A stretch of DNA of 64,000 bases, from the IMG/VR virus record IMGVR_UViG_3300031992_000011; one strand, written 5' to 3'. Shown here piece by piece: positions 8,121 through 17,045 of the stretch (position 1 is its first letter; each line of letters starts with the position of its first letter). The DNA is from a virus. Its lineage: Duplodnaviria; Caudoviricetes. A program made the translations under genes and the position numbers. The notes beneath the pieces were generated by a model. The model had not been told where the DNA came from. It searched no databases and worked only from the letters and a program-made list of their open reading frames with translations.

Positions 8121-9392
8121 ATGGAAAACAACGGAACATATGTGATATTCACGGCGCAGAACGTGGACGATCCGGCGGAACTCATGCGCCGCTATCCGAG
8201 CGCGCTGCCGAACAAATACTATCATCACTCGACGAACCGTTTCGGCAGGCAGCCTTTTGACGACCGCGAGGGAGAACCGATGCGGTTGCACATAACAGGG
8301 AGGCTCGTAACAGACAGAGTGGACGCTCTTGTCGTGGACAATCCTAACAGTGACAACGAAATACCGCACATAACGCTCGCAACCGCTGACGGAGTGAAAC
8401 CTTTCGCCAGCAACGCGGAACTCAAGGCGCACTATGCGGACATAGAACCGCTTGACGACTATGTGGACACAACATTCCGCAACAACATGTCGCGCAGCAG
8501 AAAAAATGAATCATTCCTTCGTCCGTCGATGCCGTTGAACGAGAAAAAGGGGGGTCACAACTACGCAGGACGCGACGACGAGTTCTACACGCGTCCGGAA
8601 GACATCGAACGGGAGTTGTCAAACTATGACCTCAGCGGAAAGGTCGTGTACTGCAACTGCGACGTCCCTTCAATGTCGGAATTTTACAAGTTCTTCAAGA
8701 ACAACTATGACTCCCTGAGATTAAGTGGACTTGTCGCCACCTACTACTCCGACACTCCATGTATGTACTGGTTCAACGGAGACTCTGAAAGGAAAATTCC
8801 GATAAAATCGGGACGCTTCCAAGACAATGAAAGGATTATGCGGATGTGTGACGTGGTGGTCACAAACCCGCCTTTCTCAGATTCAATGCCACATCAACTT
8901 GTGAATATGGCAAGGAAAATGGGTAAAGATGTAATCATTGTTGGGCCGTTGGACATGGCGCGGAGGAACGACATGTTCGAATTGGTAAAAAGCGGAAAAC
9001 TTAACTACGGACACAGTCCCATAAACAGATACAGAAGAGACGGAGAAAAATCACGGACAGCGCCGACCGCTTGGTGGACCACATTTCCGGTTGAACGCGG
9101 AAATTATTCCACAGGAAAGTCATACAATCCTTCAAGATACAGAAAATACGACAATTATGACGCTATCGAGTGTCCGCGTTACAGTGATTTACCTGACGAT
9201 TATGACGGAAAAATAGGGGTTCCTTGGAGGTTTCTCGGAAAACTTGACAGGCGCCAATATGATGTCGTAGACAAGATAAGGCCAAGACTTGACGGCAAGA
9301 ATCTGGATACAAGACTGATAATCCAACGGAAGAGCGTCACCGAAGCGCTTGTCAGAAGGATAACTGAAATGATAATGAGGAAACTTTTTTGA
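8121..9392 (+). CDS. fusion of a 2H phosphoesterase domain and an EcoRI-family adenine DNA methyltransferase
   Basis: N-terminal part has two HxT motifs (HHST, PHITLATADGVKP..SN). C-terminal part has DEFYT..DIE.EL, KVVYCNCD, DVVVTNPPFS and YDNYDAI. Start set at ATG 8121. Confidence 0.8.
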   Translation: MENNGTYVIFTAQNVDDPAELMRRYPSALPNKYYHHSTNRFGRQPFDDREGEPMRLHITGRLVTDRVDALVVDNPNSDNEIPHITLATADGVKPFASNAELKAHYADIEPLDDYVDTTFRNNMSRSRKNESFLRPSMPLNEKKGGHNYAGRDDEFYTRPEDIERELSNYDLSGKVVYCNCDVPSMSEFYKFFKNNYDSLRLSGLVATYYSDTPCMYWFNGDSERKIPIKSGRFQDNERIMRMCDVVVTNPPFSDSMPHQLVNMARKMGKDVIIVGPLDMARRNDMFELVKSGKLNYGHSPINRYRRDGEKSRTAPTAWWTTFPVERGNYSTGKSYNPSRYRKYDNYDAIECPRYSDLPDDYDGKIGVPWRFLGKLDRRQYDVVDKIRPRLDGKNLDTRLIIQRKSVTEALVRRITEMIMRKLF

Positions 9393-9395
9393 CAC

Positions 9396-9914
9396 ATGCC
9401 GGGCAACTTCAGGACACCTATCGAACGGAACAACTTGTTCTATTCGGACGAGGATTTCGATTTCGAGACCGACATATTGATGGACTACCTTGAGGAGGAC
9501 ACGAACCAGACCGTCGTCGTGTACGAGGTGGACGCTTCGACAACGACAGTCAACTCGACATACAAGGAGACGAACGGCGTTAGGTACAAGCCGCCGAAAG
9601 AGATTCCATGCCTGTTTGAAATCAAGGAATCCGAGATAAAGTCCTATGACAGCAAGAGCAGCAACGCGGTGTACTCAATCGGAGGGTCGCTGACCGTGTA
9701 TGTCATGCCGAAGGTGCTCGAGAAATACAAGTGCGACATCAAGAGGGGCGACTATATAGGGGTTCAGATAGACACCGACCGTATGGTGTACTATGCGGTC
9801 GTGAATGACGGAAAGGTTAACACGGCGAACTCGAACTACGTCGGCGCTTACAAGACCGCGTGGAGGATAGTGACCTGCAGCCCGGTGGACAATAATGAAT
9901 TCAACGGAAAGTGA
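9396..9914 (+). CDS. putative head-closure/neck protein (gp14-like)
   Basis: Size, beta-rich pattern (IKRGDY) and position before the gp15-like and sheath genes. Confidence 0.5.
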   Translation: MPGNFRTPIERNNLFYSDEDFDFETDILMDYLEEDTNQTVVVYEVDASTTTVNSTYKETNGVRYKPPKEIPCLFEIKESEIKSYDSKSSNAVYSIGGSLTVYVMPKVLEKYKCDIKRGDYIGVQIDTDRMVYYAVVNDGKVNTANSNYVGAYKTAWRIVTCSPVDNNEFNGK

Positions 9915-9916
9915 CG

Positions 9917-11038
9917 ATGGGAAGAAGACAGCCGAAACAGAGAATAACGACACCGAGGTACAAAGACCGCTCGGAAGGCGTGGAGCGGAGGATGTCATAC
10001 GCCAAGACCATACTTGACAAAGAGCCGGAGTTTCCGAAACCGCTCGAGTATGAGGACATAGACGCTGCATTCACCGAATTCGCCGAAAAAGTTGTGGACC
10101 TGACCGACCCGGACGGGAAAAAAGTCCCGACATTCACACTGTACAGCAACCAGAGGTTCAGCGAGTACTCGCAGACTTGGGAGCACACAGACCAAGACGG
10201 AAACCTTCTCATGAACTTCAAGACAGTCAACCGAATGGGCAATCCCGGACCCGGCAGGAACCAGGAGGGACACTGGAACATACCCGGAGACAGAAGGTAT
10301 ACCCTCCTCATGCGGAACGTGCTCAGTGACAACGGTACTGAACACGTCGAGGTGTACTCGATGAAGCAGCCTTACGCAGTTGACATGTCATACAGGATAA
10401 CGTTCGTCACAAACACCTATGAGATGCTTAACCGCTTCAATGAGAGGGTGAATGAGATGTTCAAGTCCAGACAGTGCTACATACGCCCGAACGGACATTT
10501 TGTGCCAATGGTTCTCGACGAAATGACTGACGAGACACAGTACACGGTCGAGGACAGGAAATTCTTCACACAGTCAGCCAACATCACAGTGATGGCATAT
10601 ATCATACACGCCAAGGACTTCGAGGTGAAGAAATACGCAAAACGAGTGAAGATGCACGACAGTGTGGAGAAAGGGAAAGTGGTCGTGGACATAGACGAAC
10701 CGCTGTCCGTTTCCGATTTCCAGCAGGTCGAGATGAACATATCATTCAGCGTAGGCGAGACAAACGTGACATTTGACATGTCAGGAGAACTCGCAGTCAC
10801 CGGCGGAAGGCGTGAGAATATACGGGACTTGAGAGTCTCCATCAACGGAACACCCATGTATGTCGACAAGGGTTTCCGCATGAACGACGGAGACACTGTG
10901 AGAATGCGAATCTTTCCGGTGGACTACACAAAACCGTCGAAAGTCACGCTCATTGGACACGACCCGACATCAATTCCGAATGAGGCGGAGGACGTTTCTG
11001 CCAGTGTTCCATTAGTGACAAGCGTCAATGTTGACTAA
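9917..11038 (+). CDS. putative tail completion/sheath terminator (gp15-like)
   Basis: EDIDAAF and PYAVDMSYRITFVT patterns, located upstream of the sheath gene. Confidence 0.55.
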   Translation: MGRRQPKQRITTPRYKDRSEGVERRMSYAKTILDKEPEFPKPLEYEDIDAAFTEFAEKVVDLTDPDGKKVPTFTLYSNQRFSEYSQTWEHTDQDGNLLMNFKTVNRMGNPGPGRNQEGHWNIPGDRRYTLLMRNVLSDNGTEHVEVYSMKQPYAVDMSYRITFVTNTYEMLNRFNERVNEMFKSRQCYIRPNGHFVPMVLDEMTDETQYTVEDRKFFTQSANITVMAYIIHAKDFEVKKYAKRVKMHDSVEKGKVVVDIDEPLSVSDFQQVEMNISFSVGETNVTFDMSGELAVTGGRRENIRDLRVSINGTPMYVDKGFRMNDGDTVRMRIFPVDYTKPSKVTLIGHDPTSIPNEAEDVSASVPLVTSVNVD

Positions 11039-11071
11039 TCATACGTTTCAACTTAATTTTTAGGTTGTGGC

Positions 11072-11208
11072 GGGGCCCCTGTACATAATGTCTCTCATCA
11101 TGGGCCCGCGGCCCCTATGATAATGTCTCCTGTAGATTATTTTTTTATTAAAAAATAAATGTCTCATAGGGGCCCAAAGAAAAAAGAAATATATAAAGAA
11201 AAAAGAAA
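11072..11208. repeat. intergenic cluster of direct and inverted repeats
   Basis: Four GGCCC boxes, three AATGTCTC, a perfect inverted repeat GGCCCCTATGA/TCATAGGGGCC around an AT-only core, and AAAGAAAAAAGAAA twice. Confidence 0.8.
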
Positions 11209-11220
11209 GGGTACTGTGGA

Positions 11221-11565
11221 ATGAAAAGTGTGACCATGACGCTGATGGAACTTATGAAGGTTTCTGATGCGATGACCGAACTCATAGAGTGCGAGGAGAA
11301 ATTCCCGATAGGGGTCGCTTATCGACTTGCGCGCATAAACTCAATCGTCAAGGAAGCGGAGTCGTTCACCATGGACCGGTTCGGAAAAGTTGTCGACCTG
11401 AACAAGGAGAATCTCACCGACGACGAACGTGACATCGTTGACGCTCTTATGGCAACGCAAATACGCATAGACGTTCCTGACATCACAGAGTCCGAGATTC
11501 TGTCCGGCGAAGGTGTAAATATCAGCATAGGCGATATCGCGAGCCTTTTGCCGCTCATGTCGTGA
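11221..11565 (+). CDS. hypothetical protein
   Basis: 114-aa helical, acidic ORF. Confidence 0.75.
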   Translation: MKSVTMTLMELMKVSDAMTELIECEEKFPIGVAYRLARINSIVKEAESFTMDRFGKVVDLNKENLTDDERDIVDALMATQIRIDVPDITESEILSGEGVNISIGDIASLLPLMS

Positions 11566-11575
11566 CTTACCTCGC

Positions 11576-11582
11576 TATTTAT
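11576..11582 (+). promoter_or_regulatory. putative late promoter (TATTTAT) for the tail sheath gene
   Basis: The motif recurs upstream of many structural genes (see findings). Confidence 0.55.
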
Positions 11583-11619
11583 TTAGAAATAACAGCAATT
11601 AAAGATTTATCAACAAGAT

Positions 11620-14600
11620 ATGGGAAACAACAACAGCGCAAGACAGACGCATGTCAGCCCGGGTGTCTACACCAAGGAGACTGATTTGACTTATGCGTCA
11701 AAATCGCTTGGGATTACCACTCTTGGTGTGGCCGGCGAGACTGTGAAAGGTCCAGCCTTCCAACCGATGATGGTCGAGAATTGGCGCGAATTCCAACGCT
11801 TGTTCGGAGGTACCGACGCCTCTAAGTTCAGAGGCAGCCAGTATCCGAAGTACGAGTTGCCTTATATCGCGCAGTCATACCTCAAGCAGTCGAACCAGAT
11901 GTACGTGTGCCGAGTGCTCGGACTTTCTGGTGTCAACGCCGGACCTGCGTGGATAGTTTCTGCTGCAGCAAACGCAATCAAGACAAAGGACTACGACAAG
12001 ACGGTCATCTCAGTCATCCGCTCAAGAGGAGAACACGAGAAAGCCCACAAGGTGAAAGACGCTAATCCGGAGCAGGGAATATGCGAAGACGTTTATCAGT
12101 TCGACGGCATCAAGTATTATGCGAAGGATGTCATGCTGATACCGAGCGCCGACCTCACATACAACGACGGATGTAATGACTCATTCGATTCGAAGACGGG
12201 TGATTTCACTGTGGACGCGATGAATTATGGGCGTTTCACTATCCTTGTCCTTGTCGACGACAGCGAGGAATCGAAGACAAAGTGGGAAAACTACAAGATT
12301 AACGCCAAAACAATGCTCGACGATTCGTCGACAACCGAGGAACAGTGGGCACAGTTCAGGGATACAGTGTCCAAAGACGAGATTGTCTCAGTCTACTCAG
12401 TATCACTCAATCCGGGCGAGAAAAACTATATCCTCAATATTCTTGGAGGGGATCCCGAGAACGGTGACGCGGAGATTTATGTCGAGGAGCTCTACGACGT
12501 TGCGCTCAAGCAGCTCATCGAGGGCGGCGACATTGACGCAATCAACCACGAGCTCGTCCATTTCGAGAACAGGAACATCATACCGAAGTACAAGGCGGTC
12601 AATGACGTATTGACCGAGATTGAGGACACTCTCACAAGAAAGGACATCGGCAAGAGATTCCTTTATGTCGGAGCGCTTTCGGTCGACGAGGACGGAAAAC
12701 CTATACCTGTCCACAAGACCACGGACAACGGTGTGACGTACACGGAATGCGCAGGACAGGAGGGTGGAATATACAAAGTTGTCGCATACACAAAGGACAA
12801 CGGCACCAGGGAATATTACTACGTGCTCAGCCAAGACAAGGGAAAACAAGACGAGATACTTGGCGACTATGAGCAGCATCTCGAGAACAAAGACAACCCC
12901 GGAGTCTTTGAGGAGGCGGTAAGGTCCATGTCCGACAACACATACTACGTGATGGCGAAAGACAAGGACAACAATCTCAAGGTGACGGCGATAACCATCG
13001 ACATGAACAACTACAAGGAGGAATACCGATATGCATCGACACCTTGGATTGTGTCCGAACTGAAAGGTTCGGCTAACTATGTAGAACTGAAGACACTGTT
13101 CAGGTTCCACACCATTTCTGACGGAAACATGTCCAACACAGAGGTCAAGGTGTCAATCGAGAACATCAACCCGACATACGGAACTTTTGACGTTGTTGTC
13201 AGGGACTTCTACGACACAGACGCGTCGCCTGTCGTGTATGAGAGATTCCGCGGCGTCAACCTCGTGCCTGGCGACAAGAACTACATCGCCATGAGGATCG
13301 GATCGTCGGACGAGAAATATGTGACAGTCTCTTCTTACATCACTGTCGAAGTGAACGAGAACGACGTGACCAAGACTTCAATACCGGCCGGTTTCCTCGG
13401 TTATCCAGTCAGAAATTATGCCGGATTCGGACTCTACAAGTCGGAATTCAGCGACGGCGAGAAGCTGAAGAACCCGTATCTGAGGTACAACACCAACGTG
13501 GACGACGACATCCGCATCGGAAAGCAGTACTTTGGACTTTCTGACCTCACCGGAATTGACGAGGACGTGCTTAAGTACAAAGGGTTTGAGGCATACAACG
13601 GAATCCCGACCGGTTACACGCCCGGTTTCCACCTCGACTCACGAATTTTCAGCGGAAAACCGGACGAGAACGGTGTCGTCGAGCTGGATGGCATCAAGCA
13701 GACCGTCACGGTCGACGGTGTCGCCGGATACGAGTGGGTGACAGTCGGCGCCGGCAATGTGACCGCTTTCGGTGAAGAACCGAGAATTGGCACTGACGAC
13801 GTGATGATGAACACAATCTACGAGGACAAGCGCTACCGCAAGTTCACGCTTGCATTCTACGGAGGATGGGACGGATGGGACTATTACCGCACGGCACGAA
13901 GCAACGGTGACGAGTTCAAATATCTCCGATACAAGGGGAACATCAATCTCGAAAGCGGCGAAGGCGACAACTTCAGCGTCATAAGAGAACCTGAACTCTA
14001 CAACTTTGACAAGGACGAGAAGGTGATCAACTCAGACTGGTACGCCTACATGTCGGCAATCAGGGCATTCGCAAACCCGAGAGACTATGACATCAACGTG
14101 TTCGCCACACCGGGTATCGACTATGTCAACAACAATTCGCTCGTCGGCGAGACAATCACGATGATTGAAGAAGAGAGGGCTGACTCGATATACGTCGTCA
14201 CCACGCCAGACAAACCGTTCGGCGCAAGCGACTCGCGTGCCGACATGTACAGTCCTTCGGACGCAGTCGACAATCTCGAGGATTCGGAGATAGACAGCAA
14301 CTACGCGTGCACGTACTACCCGTGGGTCAAATACTTCGATCCTGACAACTCTGTCTACCTGTACTTGCCGCCGACAAGGGACGTCGTGAAGAACATGGCA
14401 CTCACGGACAACACAAGGTTCCCGTGGTTCCCTGCCGCAGGATGGAACAGGGGCGATTTGGACACGACCGCAGTCAGTCCGAAGATGTCACTGAAACTGA
14501 AGGAGCAGGATGAACTCTATGCAGGACGCATCAACTTCATCAACAAGTTCGCACAGGACGGAATGAAGATTTGGGGCGACAACAACCTTCAGGTCGTCGA

Positions 14601-14922
14601 GAGCCAGCTGAACAAGATTTCGAAACGCAGGCTGTTGCTGCACATACGCAAACTCTGCGCAATCGCAGGAATCGGACTCATTTTCGACCCGAACGACAAC
14701 ACGACCAAGCAGTCATTCGAGAGTGCGGTCAAACCGATACTTGACAATGTCCTCAGCAACAGGGGCATCATTGATTGGAGACTTGAGATTGACGACAGCC
14801 AGGAGGCAAGGGACAGACTGGAACTTCCTTGCAAGATATATCTCAAACTCACCCCGAATTTGGAATATATCACAATCGACTTCATTGTCACTCCGAGCGG
14901 TGTTTCGTTCGACGACATTTGA
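11620..14922 (+). CDS. contractile tail sheath protein (gp18-like)
   Basis: SPGVYTKETD, GETVKGPAFQP, TYYPWV and PWFPAAGWNRG motifs, plus a C-terminal LEYITIDFIVT. Confidence 0.95.
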   Translation: MGNNNSARQTHVSPGVYTKETDLTYASKSLGITTLGVAGETVKGPAFQPMMVENWREFQRLFGGTDASKFRGSQYPKYELPYIAQSYLKQSNQMYVCRVLGLSGVNAGPAWIVSAAANAIKTKDYDKTVISVIRSRGEHEKAHKVKDANPEQGICEDVYQFDGIKYYAKDVMLIPSADLTYNDGCNDSFDSKTGDFTVDAMNYGRFTILVLVDDSEESKTKWENYKINAKTMLDDSSTTEEQWAQFRDTVSKDEIVSVYSVSLNPGEKNYILNILGGDPENGDAEIYVEELYDVALKQLIEGGDIDAINHELVHFENRNIIPKYKAVNDVLTEIEDTLTRKDIGKRFLYVGALSVDEDGKPIPVHKTTDNGVTYTECAGQEGGIYKVVAYTKDNGTREYYYVLSQDKGKQDEILGDYEQHLENKDNPGVFEEAVRSMSDNTYYVMAKDKDNNLKVTAITIDMNNYKEEYRYASTPWIVSELKGSANYVELKTLFRFHTISDGNMSNTEVKVSIENINPTYGTFDVVVRDFYDTDASPVVYERFRGVNLVPGDKNYIAMRIGSSDEKYVTVSSYITVEVNENDVTKTSIPAGFLGYPVRNYAGFGLYKSEFSDGEKLKNPYLRYNTNVDDDIRIGKQYFGLSDLTGIDEDVLKYKGFEAYNGIPTGYTPGFHLDSRIFSGKPDENGVVELDGIKQTVTVDGVAGYEWVTVGAGNVTAFGEEPRIGTDDVMMNTIYEDKRYRKFTLAFYGGWDGWDYYRTARSNGDEFKYLRYKGNINLESGEGDNFSVIREPELYNFDKDEKVINSDWYAYMSAIRAFANPRDYDINVFATPGIDYVNNNSLVGETITMIEEERADSIYVVTTPDKPFGASDSRADMYSPSDAVDNLEDSEIDSNYACTYYPWVKYFDPDNSVYLYLPPTRDVVKNMALTDNTRFPWFPAAGWNRGDLDTTAVSPKMSLKLKEQDELYAGRINFINKFAQDGMKIWGDNNLQVVESQLNKISKRRLLLHIRKLCAIAGIGLIFDPNDNTTKQSFESAVKPILDNVLSNRGIIDWRLEIDDSQEARDRLELPCKIYLKLTPNLEYITIDFIVTPSGVSFDDI

Positions 14923-14947
14923 TATCGTACAAACGGAAAAAAGAAAG

Positions 14948-14984
14948 AAAATTGACGGGTGACGAATGTCATCCGTCAATTTTT
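14948..14984. terminator. bidirectional intrinsic terminator after the sheath gene
   Basis: AAAATTGACGGGTGAC-gaat-GTCATCCGTCAATTTT with A/T tracts on both sides. Confidence 0.85.
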
Positions 14985-15061
14985 GTGACGTGATGGACTG
15001 TTTATTGGGAAAATGACAAAGAACGAACATAAAAAATAGCAGGGTCAACAGATATATAGAC

Positions 15062-15103
15062 AAAAAAAGGTCGGATGAAAACACATCCGACCTTCTGTTT
15101 TTT
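15062..15103. terminator. intrinsic terminator
   Basis: AAGGTCGGATG...CATCCGACCTT flanked by A and T tracts. Confidence 0.8.
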
Positions 15104-15124
15104 GTGATTCACGCTTATCGTCTA

Positions 15125-15379
15125 TCAACCCTTCGCCAGGAACATGATTCCACCGAATGCACCACCGGCAATAGCGCCGATAAGTTCGACGATAATGTAT
15201 TTCAGTCTGTCGCTTGTCCACTCTTCACGTCCCCACTCATAAGACCCGACAGTAGCGACACCTGTGTAGATACCAGCTACGATGGCAGCGCCAACAGACT
15301 GGCCGATGAGGAAAGTCAGGATTCCGCACACTATAGCGATAAGAGCCGGAACCAGGAATTTAAACAAATAATCCATCAT
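15125..15379 (-). CDS. small multi-pass membrane protein
   Basis: 84 aa with three hydrophobic Gly/Ala-rich helices. Confidence 0.75.
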   Translation of the reverse strand: MMDYLFKFLVPALIAIVCGILTFLIGQSVGAAIVAGIYTGVATVGSYEWGREEWTSDRLKYIIVELIGAIAGGAFGGIMFLAKG

Positions 15380-15446
15380 TGTTTTAGAAAAAATTAAAAA
15401 TTATCATAGTGAATATAGTGACCGTCCGCAATGGTTGTCAACAGCA

Positions 15447-15800
15447 TCACTTTCCTTTGCCTATTTCGACGGACTTGTCAAGTATCTGCCAAATCTTCTT
15501 GAGGACGTCATACTGCGGTGATTCGGGCGTGTTCGCCAGTTTGGCGAGCCCCTGTATGGCGATCTGCCTTATTTGGTTCATATAACCGGTGACTTCCGGG
15601 TCGGCCGGTGCCTGCTGAACTTCTTCCGCGTCGTCTTCATCGTCCATGCTTGGCATCCAGTCATACCCCGGACCGTTCTCATAAGGAACAGGACCCTCTC
15701 CATCTTGTCCGAACACGACACTTTCGAGCGTGAGCGACTTTTTCCCGTCGAGCATATGGTTCATCTCATTGATGAGATTCTCATTGTGTCTTTTCTTCAT
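15447..15800 (-). CDS. hypothetical acidic protein, putative head-associated
   Basis: LINEMNHML and LTLES motifs. Minus-strand TATTTATA at 15828-15821. Confidence 0.7.
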   Translation of the reverse strand: MKKRHNENLINEMNHMLDGKKSLTLESVVFGQDGEGPVPYENGPGYDWMPSMDDEDDAEEVQQAPADPEVTGYMNQIRQIAIQGLAKLANTPESPQYDVLKKIWQILDKSVEIGKGK

Positions 15801-15843
15801 AAATCGTTTTCGATTTTAATTATAAATAGCTGAGAGCAAGAAT

Positions 15844-16419
15844 ATGAGGCAACCGGTAAAAAAGAAAACATCACAGAAAAGAAGCAACCCGAGGGCGAAG
15901 AAGCGGACCAAGGAATACGGCACGTCAAAACTTGAGGCGGACTTTGCCCGCGACTTCCTTGACGCCAACGGACTTAAGTACATATATCAGTACAAGGCCG
16001 AAAGCATAGGGCGGTTCTACGACTTTGCCGTGACCGCGGACACTGACTACCCGTACCGGATGGTCGAGAAAGACGGCATATGGAGCGTCGACCAGAACGG
16101 GCAGTATTTCTGTGTGGACTTCATCATCGAGGTCGACGGGGACTACTACCATGCCAATCCGCTCGTCGTAAACGAGTCGGAACTGAACCCGATGCAGAAG
16201 CACAACCGGCGCGTGGACGAGCAGAAGGACAGATGGTGCGCGATGAACTGCATACCGCTGATGAGGGTTTGGGAACACGACATAAGGAAGAATCCCGGAA
16301 AAGTGCTCGAAGAACTGTCGAAATACGCCAAGATAGCGCAAAAATTACAAAAAAAGAGAAATATGAAGTCAGGTCCGCACTGGTCGCTTGACAAAATCAG
16401 GCCAAAGAAAACATATTGA
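15844..16419 (+). CDS. PD-(D/E)XK endonuclease, DUF559/Vsr-like
   Basis: FYDF...IIEVDGDYYH...LMRVWEHDI. Confidence 0.8.
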   Translation: MRQPVKKKTSQKRSNPRAKKRTKEYGTSKLEADFARDFLDANGLKYIYQYKAESIGRFYDFAVTADTDYPYRMVEKDGIWSVDQNGQYFCVDFIIEVDGDYYHANPLVVNESELNPMQKHNRRVDEQKDRWCAMNCIPLMRVWEHDIRKNPGKVLEELSKYAKIAQKLQKKRNMKSGPHWSLDKIRPKKTY

Positions 16420-16446
16420 AGTAGGGAACTATAGAAGAATATTTAG

Positions 16447-17037
16447 ATGATAGCTACTTTGCAAATACCGTACGGATACGGTGACTGTGTAGGCGGATTT
16501 GAGTACGGTAAAGAGATAGACCAAGAGACATACATCAAGCAACTCATAGACGACTACAACTACCACAAGGTCGGCGTCGACCAAATGATGACGACCCGTC
16601 TGTCGCGCAACATAGCGATAAACCCGTTCCGTAAGGAAAAAAGGGAATACCGGCAGCAGAAGCAGTCAATATTCTCGGTTGACTGCTACTTCAGTGACAA
16701 GAATTTCGAACCGCTGAAAATAGAGGACCTGCTCACGTTCTACCGTCAGGACAAGAGTTTCGTCATCGTGGTACAGTTCAAGGACATCAGGGACGTGAAG
16801 AAAGAACCTGACGTCGAGAGCGACCTGAAGATGTGGATGAGCGAGACGCTGAAAATCGAACGCACGGACATGCTGACCGACATCGAAAAATTCAAGTCAT
16901 TCTCGAAGAAGGATCTCAAGATAACATTCAGAGAGTCAAAAATGTCAGCAGTGATACTGAACACGAAGATGGTCAGTGTCTACAGCGGAAACAAGTTCGC
17001 CCTTTGGGTAGACAAGATAAGATTCACCGACAAATAG
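16447..17037 (+). CDS. hypothetical protein
   Basis: 196-aa ORF within the tail module. Confidence 0.8.
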   Translation: MIATLQIPYGYGDCVGGFEYGKEIDQETYIKQLIDDYNYHKVGVDQMMTTRLSRNIAINPFRKEKREYRQQKQSIFSVDCYFSDKNFEPLKIEDLLTFYRQDKSFVIVVQFKDIRDVKKEPDVESDLKMWMSETLKIERTDMLTDIEKFKSFSKKDLKITFRESKMSAVILNTKMVSVYSGNKFALWVDKIRFTDK

Positions 17038-17045
17038 CAGCATAA

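Noticed and set aside
15125-15379. Holin call for the small membrane proteins (also 4742..5014)
   Set aside because: There is no adjacent endolysin or spanin, and hydrophobicity alone is insufficient.
15844-16419. Vsr-like nuclease as the restriction partner of the methyltransferases
   Set aside because: It is not adjacent to either MTase. Its position among morphogenesis genes fits a head-completion or free-standing nuclease better.
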